Shown here: piece after piece, positions 24,541-37,408 of the stretch | Layout of the letters: each line of letters begins with the position of its first letter | Numbering within the stretch: the first letter of the stretch is position 1 | DNA from: Mobula hypostoma | Taxonomy: Eukaryota | Length of the DNA stretch: 64,000 nucleotides | NCBI RefSeq assembly: GCF_963921235.1 | Contig: NC_086097.1 | Coordinates: forward strand, 144,400,001-144,464,000 | Reading direction: 5' to 3' | Made by a program: the position numbers and the translations under genes | Notes under the pieces: model-generated | Database searches by the model: none | What the model saw: the letters and a program-made list of their open reading frames with translations, nothing else | What the model was told of the DNA's origin: nothing

Positions 24541-25919
24541 ATGAAATTACAAGCTCCATTCTGGATCCACAACATTGTGGAAGTCTTTCTCACCATTAAG
24601 ACTCGCTACGATGAGCTCAGAACTCCATCTCACTCCAAGTTTCCTTGGTCACTTTTCTATTTCCCATATTTACATTTAATTACGCATTCTTTGAATTACA
24701 TGGTGCTCTCTGTTCCGTTTGACTTATTATAGCCAGTACGCTCATTTCATGTTTGTTCGCTATATATTCCATTGTCTTTTTTGTATTAGTTTACATTGTT
24801 TCAGTGATGTTGTCCACCGTGGACAAACCCGTTACTCTCTATTGCTTTCTATGATTCCTTCAGATGCAATATTCCAAGCTCCCGTTTTCATTGTTCATTT
24901 TTTTCCCCATTCGCTGTGTCTCTGAGCGCTCGTTCCTTCCCGTTGCTGGGATTCGAGCCAAAGCACCGTCAGCTCGTTTCCGCGGACAAATGCTGCTCGA
25001 CTCCCTGAGTCTGTTGATTGTTGCTTCCCATTCTTTCCGCCTTGTACTTTCTTCACTCTAAACCATTATCCCCCATTCACTCTTGTCACTTCCATTGCGC
25101 GCCCTGGCTGATTCCAGGGGTCAACTTCCTCCTCATTCCAACAGTAGCCGTTCGCCAGCTTCTGCCCGATTCTATCTGCATCTCCCTTTACTCCCTTTTG
25201 ATTCCATCTTCTGCTCTCCTTTCCCCTTGCATCCTCCCTGTCTCCAGCTCTCCATTGGATTCCACCGTGCGCTGTATCTCTCATTCCATCTTGCTCGCTG
25301 ATTCCAGCTCTTCCATCTGATCCAAGGACCCCTCCGCACTCTGATTCCAGTCCTCTCCCTCTCCGCTCGCTTTCAGTTCCTCCTGATAGGATCTCTCTCT
25401 CTAAATCCAACCCTCGCCCCTGTCCAGTTCTCACCTCCCGCTATTTAATCGCAGCCCATTTTTCGTTACGGCTGGCATCGATTAATTCAAACTGTTCAAC
25501 TTCAAGTTCCTCCTTCCTGGGTCCAATTCAGTCTCGCTTTCTGTCCCCAATTCAAACACTCTAACTTCGCCTGACTCAGTTTCTTCTGGCTAATTCGTGC
25601 TCACCCCTATTTCTGCAAATTCCTTTCTCTCTCCAAGCATTTGCAGTTCTGACTCTAATCCCGGCTCTTTCCCGCTGTCTCTATCCTCTCTGCCTGATCC
25701 AGGCTCCAGCTCATTACATCTGACAACTGGCGTTTCCTCAATGTGCCGGGTCCCAGGCTGATTGTGGCTCCCACTGCTCCTCCCTCCCCTTCTCGTTCCC
25801 TGGCTGTCAGACGCGATACAACACCAGCAAACACCCCACCCGACCCCCTCCTCCCTCTTCCACCGCCCGCTCTCCCTTTTTCTGCTTCCAGCTCCACCCT
25901 GCTTGTTGTGGTGCTTGCT

Positions 25920-26075
25920 GGCTGAGCGGGGAAGAGGCGGACCGGCCAGCGCGCCTGCGCTTGTATCTGGGGCTCAGTCCGTCTGCTCTATAAGAAGGCG
26001 GCGCGATCGCGAAACTCACCAGAAACTAACCTCAATACGAAACGAGATGGTCAGCTTTCGAGCCGGTACAGCAAA
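25920..26075 (+). promoter_or_regulatory. wnt9a core promoter / CpG-rich 5' region
   Basis: Local CpG enrichment in a CpG-poor window; GC-box-like GAGGCGGACC 25934-25943, NRF1-like GCGCCTGCGC 25951-25960, TATAAG 25989-25994, palindrome CGCGATCGCG 26002-26011, all within 150 bp upstream of the ATG. Confidence 0.7.
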
Positions 26076-26124
26076 ATGCTGGATGGACACTGCTCTCTGG
26101 GATGGCAACTCGTCGCTGTTATAG
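26047..26124 (+). other. Upstream out-of-frame ORF overlapping the wnt9a start (25 aa)
   Basis: gagATGg at 26047, 29 nt before the main ATG; MVSFRAGTAKCWMDTALWDGNSSLL*, stop TAG at 26122-26124. Confidence 0.55.
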
Positions 26125-26161
26125 TCCTTCTGACCATCGGCAACACCACTGCCTATTTTGG
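26076..26161 (+). CDS. wnt9a: Wnt9a coding exon 1 (signal peptide)
   Basis: ATG 26076 gives MLDGHCSLGWQLVAVIVLLTIGNTTAYF-G, matching the MLDG...AYFG N-terminus of WNT9A; hydrophobic core; phase-2 donor GG|gtacgt at 26161/26162. Confidence 0.93.
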
Positions 26162-28664
26162 GTACGTCCTGAAAATTAAAAAAAAACATTTTACAAACTT
26201 TCAAAACTTTTCTGAACTCTCAGAACTGTTTTCAAACATTTTAATCTATTTATTTCCTCAGGAAGGTCTCTTCTCACAGATTTTTGTTTTGGATTTCTTG
26301 TAACGCAAACAGAAATGTACAAAACGAGTTTTAGAAGTGATTGGGTGCGCCTCTGTGTTCGTAGTTTGGGAAATTAAAACGATCTGCACTGAGCTTCCAG
26401 CTACAGGTTGCTGTGTGTGTTCAGACTTTTGATATTTCTTTAAAGTCGAATGTTCTGTGATCACTCCGGCGCAGTCACTTGAACTTTTGGACCTGATAAC
26501 ATTTCTTTTCTTCCGATAGGTGAGACTGTCTACTGTATTTCATCTAAACGCTCTCAGTCTTTTTCAGTGTATGTCTGGAGAATCGCTGGGTTATGTCGCG
26601 TGTCACGGCAGTGATCTTTGGTTCGATTCTCCAGTGCTGAGTTAGGAGACAGTGTGATGCATGCGTTGTAGGTGCATTATTTATAAAATATACTTGCACG
26701 CATACACACTTCTATTTTGCCCCCGCCCACTAATATTTAAACATCTGCTCAACCTACTGACATGAGAATAGTAAACTAAGTATTGGGAGGGTGGAATTGT
26801 GTGTGTAAATGAAATACTAGATCGCGGTTTACATCAAACCCCGGGTTAGACTCCGGTCTGGAACTCATCTTTTTGCAGTTTCAAGTTATGCAGTTTTTCT
26901 TTCTCCCTTGAAACCTTCCTCCCCTTTTAGTGGGACCACCAGATTTTTTTTTGTATTTTGGAAGCAGCTTTACAGTTACCAGCTATAATAACACACGCCA
27001 GCACATGCTGTTTTACAAAAGAAAACTTTGGAATCTTATTTCTTAAAGAGAAAGATCTGGAGTTCTCTACTCTGCCTATTCCACTAGTTTTCTGTTTTAT
27101 CAAGGTTTGGAATGAGACTTGATCAATCTGTGTGACGTGAAGCAAACTGTTTTAAGACCGAAGTCTATTATATCCTCAATATTTCGGACAGATAGGAAAT
27201 GATTAGTATAATCAAATCAAACTAATTAGCGCGTTGACTGAAAACTTTTAGAGCACACGTTAAATGGAAATAAACGGTGCAAGTTTGTTTTAAGTTAATG
27301 ATTGCCCTTGTAATGACCCAAGGAGTTCTGTCGTGATTTTATTAGTTTTGGTACAGTTATCTCCGCGATAATTAGGGCAGGTTTGATTTCTTCCTCCTCC
27401 CATAACAAATTTAATCCAGCCGTGTTGACCGTCTGAACTCAAGTGCAAAATTAAACGATTCTAAAACTGGGAAGTGCGCCTAAAGTGCAGTGAGAAATAG
27501 CACAAAGTATAGTCTTTAGCAAATTGGAAAAACAAAATCTAATGTTCTTATCAGAGAAAACTATGCTTCGGAAATAGTGCAGGCAAATGTTCCTGTAAGG
27601 CGCACCTGCCTTAAATGGGTAATTCCAGAATTGTGCTACCCCCACCCATTGCTCGTTCCTTTCAATGAAAAAGAAGGGTTATTGGTTCGCTTGTTTTATC
27701 GTGATAAAATCACTGTTATTTCTGTGGACGGAATTTAGGGGAACAGGCGTTGTTTGGAGACATCTCCCATTGTAATCTTCCCATTGTAATCTTCCAATTA
27801 AAGAAAACTGTCTGATTGACAGATGCATAGTTCCCCAGAACACTGTAGTTGAAGGGTCAGAAACAGGAAGGATATGTGTGCTTAAGCATCAACGTTATTA
27901 TTCGTCTTCAATCAACTGGTATGGTTAGTAACACAAAATTAGTGGAAGGTTGTTACTTGGAGTTTCTAGGTTACTCCAGGTAAAACCACAAAGGCTCCAA
28001 CAATTTTTAATGGTAGTGGGAATAAGATAATTTTTTTGCAGTTGTAACTATTCACAAGTTTCTCTGAAATTAGGGTTTCCCTATAGATCTTCAAAACTTG
28101 CCCCATTCATGATTAAGCAAAGAAATCGTGTGCTGTTGATGACTTGTCCATTGGTCTCAGAATGATCCCGGGTACAGTATCTTGCTTTGACATAGGATGG
28201 ACTCATTGCTTCCTCCATAGCTGACTGTTTGCTTGGCCCCTTGGTGAGCCAAATTCTGAAACCCACTTCTAAGGATGAATGTGCTCAACAAACCCCACCC
28301 TTGAACTTGCCTCTTCTCAGTGGGTTCTAACACCGGCTCTGCCAGGAACTCTCTCGACTCTATTACACATGTGGCAAGTAAACCTTTTTTATGTGTGTGT
28401 ATGCATGTGTGTGTTGCAGCTGATGATTTCAATTCAATCTTCATCCTCTGCCTTCCGCTCTGTATAATGCCAATTTCTTGGTTACCCCAGTGCCCAGTTC
28501 TACGCAGACAGAAGCCACCGGTTCGCAATCTTTTGCTGACTATTTGTTTTCTGTTGAGGCAATAGGATATTAGTTACATTTGTTTTTGTAGCACACAAGT
28601 TCTGAGTCTCAAGCCTGAAGGTATTTTATTGGAGATTTATATTTCTCATAAAAGAAATTAGTAT

Positions 28665-29280
28665 CTGCAGAACTTCGGGGCATTCAAAACACTTTACAGC
28701 CAATGAAATACTTTTGAAGCCGAGGCAGTGTTTTATAGTTGAAAACATGCAGCCAATTTAGACATAATGCCCCATAAACAGGAAAGTGATAATGAATAAA
28801 ATCTGTTTTATGATGATGGTTGAAAGATGAATCTTGGCTAGTTAACTGGGGAAAATTCCTTTGCTTCTCTTGGGATTGTATGTTAGGATGTTTTCAATGT
28901 CCCTCTCATCTTTGGGTGAGAAGGTTGCTCCTTCACAGCTCAGCGTTCTGGTAACTCTCCAGTGTCGGCACTGAGATAGCGCTGCACTGGTGGGGCACTG
29001 TCTTTCAAGTGAAACTTTAAACCAAAACACTGTCTGTGCTCAAAGGTGAATGTGTAATACTCTGAAGAAGAACATAAAAGGATGTCTCCCAGTCATTATC
29101 TTAAACAGATTATCGAGTTTTGAGCTCCCTTATTTTTGTGGGACTTCACAATGTATAAATTGGCTGCCACATTTCCCACATTATAACAAGACTACACCTC
29201 AAGAAGTGTGTCATAGTTTACAATGTGCATTGGAATGTCCTGCGGTCAGCGAAGGCACGCTATAAATGCAAGTGCTTAAT
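28665..29280. mobile_element. Inverted pair of Deu-domain (SacSINE1/AmnSINE-like) SINE remnants
   Basis: gcagccaattta (28749-28760) versus taaattggctgc (29156-29167); tail gcacgctataaatgcaag. Other decayed copies at about 7520-7830, 35190-35510, 41200-41520 and 53970-54200. Confidence 0.55.
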
Positions 29281-31016
29281 TTCTTTAACTAAAGCAAATT
29301 GCAAGCCTACCTTCGTGGGATAAGTTATGGCAGCATAGGCTTCCTAGTTAACTGCTCAGTTCTACACAGACAGTGCGTTTAACAGTTGGGGGCCTCATCT
29401 TATGTATCTGCGTCAGTTGTATTCTTTTTGGAGGAAGCATTGCAATCGTTCCTCATTAGCTTCTCAATATTCATCTGAGATAGTGACTGGTGCCAGCAAG
29501 TTATCGTTAAAATCAGTGCACTGTCCAAATATGCCTCAGCTAACTGAGCATTGTTCATGTGGGACCTTTCACACTGGGTTTACTCATGTACAACTCTTGC
29601 CTTTGCTCAGTATTCATAATTCAGCTGGGTTTTTGAGACCATTGGGCTCCTATATTCAGTTCTGGTTGCCTCGTAATGAGACAGATGTGGAAGCTTTAAA
29701 GAGAGGGCCAGTGGAGATTTACCAGGGTGCAGTCTGTACTAGAGAACCTATTTTATACGGGAAGTTTTGAGTAAGCTAGATTTTTACCTTTGGAGGAAAG
29801 GAAAATTGAGAGATGACTCAATAGTGATATGTAAGATGATAAGGGGCACAGATAGAGTGGGCAGTCAGCAGCTCTTTCAAAAGGTGGAAATGGCTAATAT
29901 GGGTGGGCATAATTTAAGGTGATTGGAGGAAAGTGTAGGGGAGATGTTAGAGATATTTGTTTTTTTTACATAGAGTGGTGGATGTGTGGAATGCCCTGCC
30001 AGGGATGGTGGTAGAGGCAGGTACATTAGGGGCATTTAAGAGACTCTTAGATAGACACAAGTATGAAAGAAAATGGAGGGCCATGTGAGAAGGAAGTGTT
30101 AGGTTGATCATGGAGTAGGCTAAGAGATCAGCACAACCTTGTGGGCTGAAGGCCCTATACAGTGCTGTACTGATCTGTGTTCTATGTTCACTAGGGTAGG
30201 GACAGTGTCTGCCTTTGTTTTTCTCTAAGCCTCTTTCCCTGGGATCTCTTACACAATTTCAATTCCCCTTCTATTTTAAAAGGTGAATAAGTTTGTCACC
30301 CTCTTGTAGTTTGAGTTTCCGAGTCATGCTCTCCTGGATTTGTGATTTTCCCATTATCTTTTTCAATAAATTATTCCCATTGTTAACTTAAACTAGAAGC
30401 AGGTTCAGCAATTGCAGTGGAGGACTATGGTAGAATTGTTAATTTTGTGGGTGCTGTTAAGGTTCATAGATGGAGAGAAGATGGAAGGGGGGGATGAACA
30501 AATGATATAAAATCATGGGTAGTCATTGGCATTGAAGCTACAAGGATTCCTTGTGTGTCCTATAGGAGGATTTCTGCTACCTCCACAATAAAACGTTTTA
30601 ACTCAAACGTAGGAACAGGAGCGTAGACACAGTTATGGACATGTTCAAAAATACGGTGATGTGTATAGAGACAAATATGGACAGTCAGACATGCAAAATG
30701 CAAAAAATGCAGATGGAGTTCCACATGCTTGTGCAACCCAGACTAAGTGTATTCATAGTGAGATACGGGTATGCTACTTCATATAGAGCCAGTTATGCAG
30801 ATTCAGAAATGTACATTTGAGCTTGCAGAGCAAAACACATACACACATTTCATTAGAAATTGAGGACAACTTGCTTGAGGCACAGAAGATGATTATGTAT
30901 GATTTTTCTAAAGACGTGGTGGATGTGGCACACCACCAGCACACAGTCGTTGTCCAATCACAAGAAAGTGCCGCACAACTGGATACCAGACTCTGCTGAA
31001 CAGATGGAGCACACAT

Positions 31017-31019
<3 letters not shown>

Positions 31020-31069
<50 letters not shown>
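31020..31069. repeat. Compound (TC)n(AC)n microsatellite
   Basis: Directly visible dinucleotide runs. Confidence 0.95.
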
Positions 31070-33731
31070 TCCCGATCTTCTCCTTCTTTCAGTTTCTCTC
31101 CACTCCCCTCTCTCAAATTCTCTCTCCCTTCCTCTAACCAGTTTCATCAATTTTCCCTCTCCTTTAATGCCTCCTCCTTTTCCGCTTCCTCCTCTACTCA
31201 TTTCCTTTTTCCATGGCCCTTCACACTTCTGCAAACTGAATATCCTGAAGCCTCTGGGTTGTAGAGAGAAATTGCTCAGGACATGAGCTACATCCAAAAC
31301 TTCTACAGGTGGGTACGCCACAGAATATAGGGAAATGCAGAGTACAGTTATAATAGTGAAAACAACCACAGGTTTGTACCCATATCAAGTCCCCTTTTAC
31401 CCGAACTTGCCATTGCTCAGCCTTGCAGTTCCTGGGATACTAACTTTATAGAACTGTCAATTCTTATCTGTGGTTATTAATAATGACCATTCCTAATCTG
31501 GTTAAGATGTTACTGAAATCAACTGCATTCACTGAGAAAAGCCTGTGACAAGGAGGAAGAAGAATCATCAAAGTTATACAGTTATAGAGTTATACAGAAT
31601 AGCAACAGGCCCTTCAGCCCATTTTGTCCATGCTGACCAAGACTGGAGCCAAAGAGTACTCAGGGTACATTTAACTTAGACCCTTACACAGTGCCATGGA
31701 GTGCTGGATAGATTTATTTCTCATATCTCATCCTCTTCTCCTTTGTCAACTGTTTCTAAGTCAGCGTCCACCAGTACTAAGCTTCTGGGATCATTCAAGC
31801 AAGTGTCTTCTGTTGATGAAAGTCAAATAAAAGATCCATATGTTAGACCTCTGAAGTAAAAACAGAATATGTGGAAAACCTAGCAATTACGGCAGTGTCT
31901 GTAGAAGGAGAAATAGTCAATGCTTTGAATCTGAGACCCTTCAGCAGACCTGTTCTGTCTCCTTTTATTGCTGGTTCCAAGATATTTAGTGATCTTTGGT
32001 CATCTTTGTGTAAAGCAATGTGGTGGTTCATGTCGTTGGGTTTCTTCTGCCTTCTTTCTGTGGTGGTTGGCAGTCCAATAGGTACTTTGAATAGATTATT
32101 TATTTGGTGCAGGATTTGGGCTTGAACTCATTTTCTTTATCCAGCAGAGCGAGCACCATCAACGATGCCAAGCTTTCAAATACCAGACCATCCCCACCCA
32201 AATCCATGAGTGATTAATTTATGATTATTTCTCAGATCATGATCAGGAACAGGGAAACCAGGTTGATTCCTTTTTTTCTGCTGAGGTGTACTGAGGCCGG
32301 TTCCGAAGGAATAGAACCCAGTTCTGGAGTCTGAACACACAAGGCAACCCAACCCTTTAGTATGTTACTGAGGGACTGCTGCAATGTTGGAGGATCACTT
32401 TTGTTGTCAAGGAAAACATTTAATCAAGATACAGCTTGTCAGTCCAGTAAACATCGGAAAGAGACCAGAGTGTTTTCCCAGTGTCTCGATCTTACATGCC
32501 TGCTTTGACTAATGATACCAAATGCTCGCTATTCAACAGTGTAATTGATCTGTGTGTAGCAGAGCTCTTCTCTCCTCCAGCATAATATCTAATGATTATT
32601 CTATAAATTGGGAGTGATTATTCATGCAGAGTGTAAGGACTATCCTAATACTATTGACCCAGTAGGAACTGCACATTAGAGAGTGGGTGGGAAAGAAATG
32701 ATGCCTTTAACACTTGTATTCAGTGACCCTGAAGTATCTGCTTAGATAGTAGGCAGTGCTCGGGCTTAGCAGTCACCTGTTAGCGTGCCACTGGCTCAAC
32801 CCCGTGCTCTACTGGGAGCCTGAGCCAATGAGTTTCTGGCTGGGAGCCTAGTCTGCCTGGGATTGATGTTAGTTCTATCAGCACACTGCAGATCATTCCA
32901 ATGTGTTTCTGACTTGACTTTCAAACCCAGGTCTTGCTGCTTTTGGCTGGTGGCGTCAGTAACAGCAAATTAGATGCATGTGGAAGAAGGCTGAAGTGGG
33001 GGAGAGAGCATAATGTCTTAATATTTTTTTTCCGTGACTTAAAGAACCCGTTTGTTGGCGGTCCTTCCTGTGGCTTGGTGGGAAGGAACACAAAGGAAAA
33101 GACAGCTGCATCTGTATTGTGCCAGTGCAGCCTCATTTAGTATATCACAAAACAATTCATAATGACGAGTTACTCTGAGATACTGCAATTATTGTAGCAG
33201 TCAAATATAGCAACCGGTTAGCAAACTGTGTACCATCCATCCCTACCTCCCCAAAGCAATAATGATGCTCAGCCCTTTGGGCCTTCATCATTGCTAACCA
33301 CCTACATCTATCTGTTGGCTTATGCAGGGCTCACTTTGCAGCGCTCACACCTTTATTAGAGAAAAAATCCACCAGAGAAATCTCAAAAACAAAAAAAAAA
33401 TCCTTGGCCAACATTCATATGCAGTACTGATGGAGATCTGATGTGCTTCTTTATTGGGTGGGACATTAAGCACAGAATTTATCTGCAAACTAAGGATGTT
33501 TATGTATTTGCCTTAACAAATCTTAATAGAAGAGGGCAGTTGGCTCTTAACCATTATCAATGAAGTAGGAATTCTGGTCTCTTGTGTAAAACCTGGTAGT
33601 TATGTTTCTTAGTTTGCAACTGGAGCCACACCTTACAGTACTTCAACGGCTAGAAGGAGGTTTGGGAAACCCTGAGGTCATTATGTATTTTTTTCTCTTG
33701 CTACACTATCCTTATGATCCCTTGATTACCT

Positions 33732-34712
33732 TATATATTAATGACTTGGATGAGGGAATTAAATGCAGCATCTCCATGTTTGCGGATGACACGAAGCTGG
33801 GTGGCAGTGTTAGCTGTGAGGAGGATGCTAAGAGGATGCAGGGTGACTTGAATAGTTTAGGTGAGTGGGCAAATTCATGGCAGATGCAATTTAATGTGGG
33901 TAAGTGTGAAGTTATCCACTTTGGTGGCAAATACAGGAAAACAGATTATTATCTGAATGGTGGCCGATTAGGAAAAGGGGAGGTGCAACGAGACCTGGGT
34001 GTCATTGTACACCAGTCATTGAAAGTGGGCATGCAGGTACAGCAGGCGGTGAAAAAGGCGAATGGTATGCTGGCATTTATAGTGAGAGGATTCGAGTACA
34101 GGAGCAGGGAGGTACTACTGCAGTTGTACAAGGCCTTGGTGAGACCACACCTGGAGTATTGTGTGCAGTTTTGGTCCCCTAATCTGAGGAAAGACATCTT
34201 TGCCATAGAGGGAGTACAAAGAAGGTTCACCAGATTGATTCCTGGGATGGCAGGACTTTCATATGAAGAAAGACTGGATGAACTGGGCTTGTACTCGTTG
34301 GAATTTAGAAGATTGAGGGGGGATCTGATTGAAACGTATAAAATCCTAAAGGGATTGGACAGGCTAGATGCAGGAAGATTGTTCCCGATGTTGGGGAAGT
34401 CCAGAACGAGGGGTCACAGTTTGAGGATAAAGGGGAAGCCTTTTAGGACCGAGATTAGGAAAAACTTCTTCACACAGAGAGTGGTGAATCTGTGGAATTC
34501 TCTGCCACAGGAAACAGTTGAGGCCAGTTCATTGGCTATATTTAAGAGGGAGTTAGATATGGCCCTTGTGGCTATGGGGATCAGGGGGTATGGAGGGAAG
34601 GCTGGGGCAGGGTTCTGAGTTGGATGATCAGCCATGATCATAATAACTGGCGGTGCAGGCTCGAAGGGCCGAATGGCCTACTCCTGCACCTATTTTCTAT
34701 GTTTCTATGTTT
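33732..34712 (+). mobile_element. Young CR1 LINE, 5'-truncated, uninterrupted ORF2 C-terminus
   Basis: YINDLDEGIKCSISMFADDTKLGG through to the stop at 34618 with no disruption; (tttctatg)n tail; near-identical to 16126-17106. Confidence 0.95.
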
Positions 34713-37376
34713 ATCCTATTGTCAGTGAAACTTATGATCTCAGTTTTAAATATGCTCATTGAGTTTTTGTCGCCTTTGGTGCAGAAAATTACAAATATTT
34801 ACAGAATTTTAGTGAAGAAATTTCTGTCACACTTGACTTATCTCATCATCTGAAAGTATGACCCCTGGTTCCAGAATTCTGACCAGCCTCCTTATGAATT
34901 TTGAATGTGTAGTGATTTAATCTCTCATTCTTCCAGGTTAATATTATTTCATTACATGGTACAGAATGAAAGAATGCTAATCAGAATACCAAGACCTTGG
35001 TTTGCTTTTCTGTAGTATTCTGTGTCGTTTCGCTATCAGCAGAGGTAGTAAGCATAGCATGTGACCCAATGAAATGTACCTCAACCATTCTCTTAGAGTG
35101 TCAGATCGTCTGGAATAAGATGTCTCTCTTTCTAATTGGAAAGATATGTACTGATGTGGCATCTTTGATAACCCCAATATCTCAACGTGCCTGATGCGGC
35201 ATCTTTGTTGACCCCAGTATTTCAATGTGTTTCTCAGTGAGGTGATATTGAAGTCGAGTCACTATTAAAATGTAGGCACACAGGAGTAGTGATGGGTGAA
35301 ATAATGTCAAATTGTTGGCCTTCACCATTCATTCCTATGTATGCAGCACCCAGAAGTGCGTTCAGCTCCTTGATATGCTTTGAATAGTGTTGTGGAAATT
35401 TCTATCTGCCATTTATGTTACAGTATAAGCTGTTGTAGAACAGCTCTCCACAAATAAAAACTCAATTTTGCGTTCAGGCCCCCGGAGTGAGACTTGAAAC
35501 CTTTTGATTGCAAGACCAATTGCCTTTCTAGTGAAGATGTCTTTATTTCTGTCACCTCCAACTTCACCATCAGTGTAGGTGTCACGTAAAGAATAATTGT
35601 TTTTCAGTTACCAGGGGTGATCCAATAGTGTACCTGATAGAGCCATTGACAAACATTCTAATGACTCATTTGCAGTTCTGACCTGTGCTGTCTGTGTTGG
35701 GTTTGCACCTTCTCCCTGTGACTGCATGCTTTTCATCTGGGTTCCCCAGTTTCCCTTAATGCAGATTGGTAGATTACTTGGCCAATTGTGAATGGCCCCT
35801 ATTCATTATTATTTTATTTATAAGTCAGCTTTCATTTATCTGTTCTATTTGAAATCATTGTTATCGCACAGCAGCAAAGTTGACTAATTGACGTTCAATT
35901 AAGGATAGAGGAACAATATTCAAAAGCAAGACATGCACCAAAACCAAACAGCACCAGAGTAAGTACATACAAGTATACATCACAAGTAGAAAGAACTCAG
36001 CCTTTAATTTTACAAATCTGGATATTCAGTGAAAAAGCAAACATTGACTGGTGTTGATCAAAACAATTATTAAAGGAAATCTGCCTCAGTTTCCATAAAC
36101 TGATAATAAAAATCAGTACATTTCTTGAATTCAATTTCTCAATGTCTTTGGCAGCAGCTTTAACCCTCAACATCTGAAGAATGAGTCTAGCTCTCTGACC
36201 ACCAGCTTTCAAACCTGAAGAGCAATTTTCCTGACTACGCTCTTGTTAATGAGTTCCATTCATTTGGAGCTCAAATCAGAAATTCATGTGTGCATGGGAT
36301 TTCTAATATCATCCACACATGGTTTTACAATCTTTACTCCCAATAAATGAGGCTCCATTCTGGGAGCACCAAGTTTGGAGTCTGTCTCCCCGTCTCCCAC
36401 AGGAATGCCATGTACTTGTTTCGAAATAAGAATTATTGCTATAGGAGTATGTCCCGGAAAAAGTAACCCAACTGATCTCATTGTGGAGATCATAGACTAT
36501 GAAGTAACTAAGAGTTCTGCAGACTTCAACAAATAATGTTAAAAAAATCCCTCCAATGTACGGAAAACCCCAAAGTTACCTTGGAGTGAGGTAACATATA
36601 GATGCGTAATATCAAGTTGGACAAAACCCAAACTAAAGTGACAAGGAAAACAACAATATGAGTTGGATTGATTTGATGTAACAGTTATGGCTTATCACTA
36701 GGGGAATTCTAGAAGCGATCAGTAATTTTGCAAATGACTGGGTCAGCTCTGAGGGCAGTGGAAGCCATAAACTACAACCAAATTCACATTTAGCCTACAA
36801 CAGGTAGAAAAGGCAGCTTCTCTCCCTTTTCTGAAAGACAATAATGAATTATTTGGCTCTTTAAGACACAGTAGAAGTTAATATCTTGTCATAAATACCA
36901 GGCTTATTGTATTTGGTTCCAGAGCCATCCTTGATAGCTATAAAAAACTGCTTTGATCAAAACCAGATTTGAAATTGGGAAGAAACCGCGCGATAGAGTC
37001 CATGGAGATGATAGCATTAGGGAGGCTGGGTGCACTGTCATTGGAGTTAGTATATGAGAGGCTTTGCTAGCTTATTACAGACTTCTCTTGCTGCTGATTT
37101 GTTATTTAATATGAGAACTCTGGCTGCACAGATTCGGTGCCAAGTATGTGAAGCTGAATGGTAAAAGGTTTGGGGTTTTAAACTCCGACGTGCTGAATGA
37201 GTAGATAATTATCCAGTTGTTCCTGTACCTCGTGGCACCTGAGCCAATTCATTTCTTCTACGTCAAAAGCAAGATAATGGAATGTTAGCTTGCATCTGGT
37301 CAAACTTATTGAAGCTTTCTTTACAGCTGGTGTTTATATTTGTCAGTGTCTTTAAACTTATTCTGACTCTTGTTTC

Positions 37377-37408
<32 letters not shown>
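37377..37408. repeat. (TG)n(TA)n microsatellite
   Basis: Directly visible dinucleotide runs. Confidence 0.9.

Noticed and set aside
1..25900. Exons of a neighbouring gene such as wnt3a upstream of wnt9a
   Set aside because: No Wnt-like or other recognisable host coding sequence found on either strand; a short first exon could be missed by eye.
27766..27795. Short tandem duplications (also 4537-4576, 10935-10957, 46163-46222)
   Set aside because: Two-copy slippage-type duplications with no array or spacer structure; not CRISPR-like and no evident function.
33602..34618. 338-aa ORF as a host or domesticated gene
   Set aside because: A 5'-truncated CR1 ORF2 with a chance upstream ATG in flanking DNA; the N-terminal part of the RT is missing.
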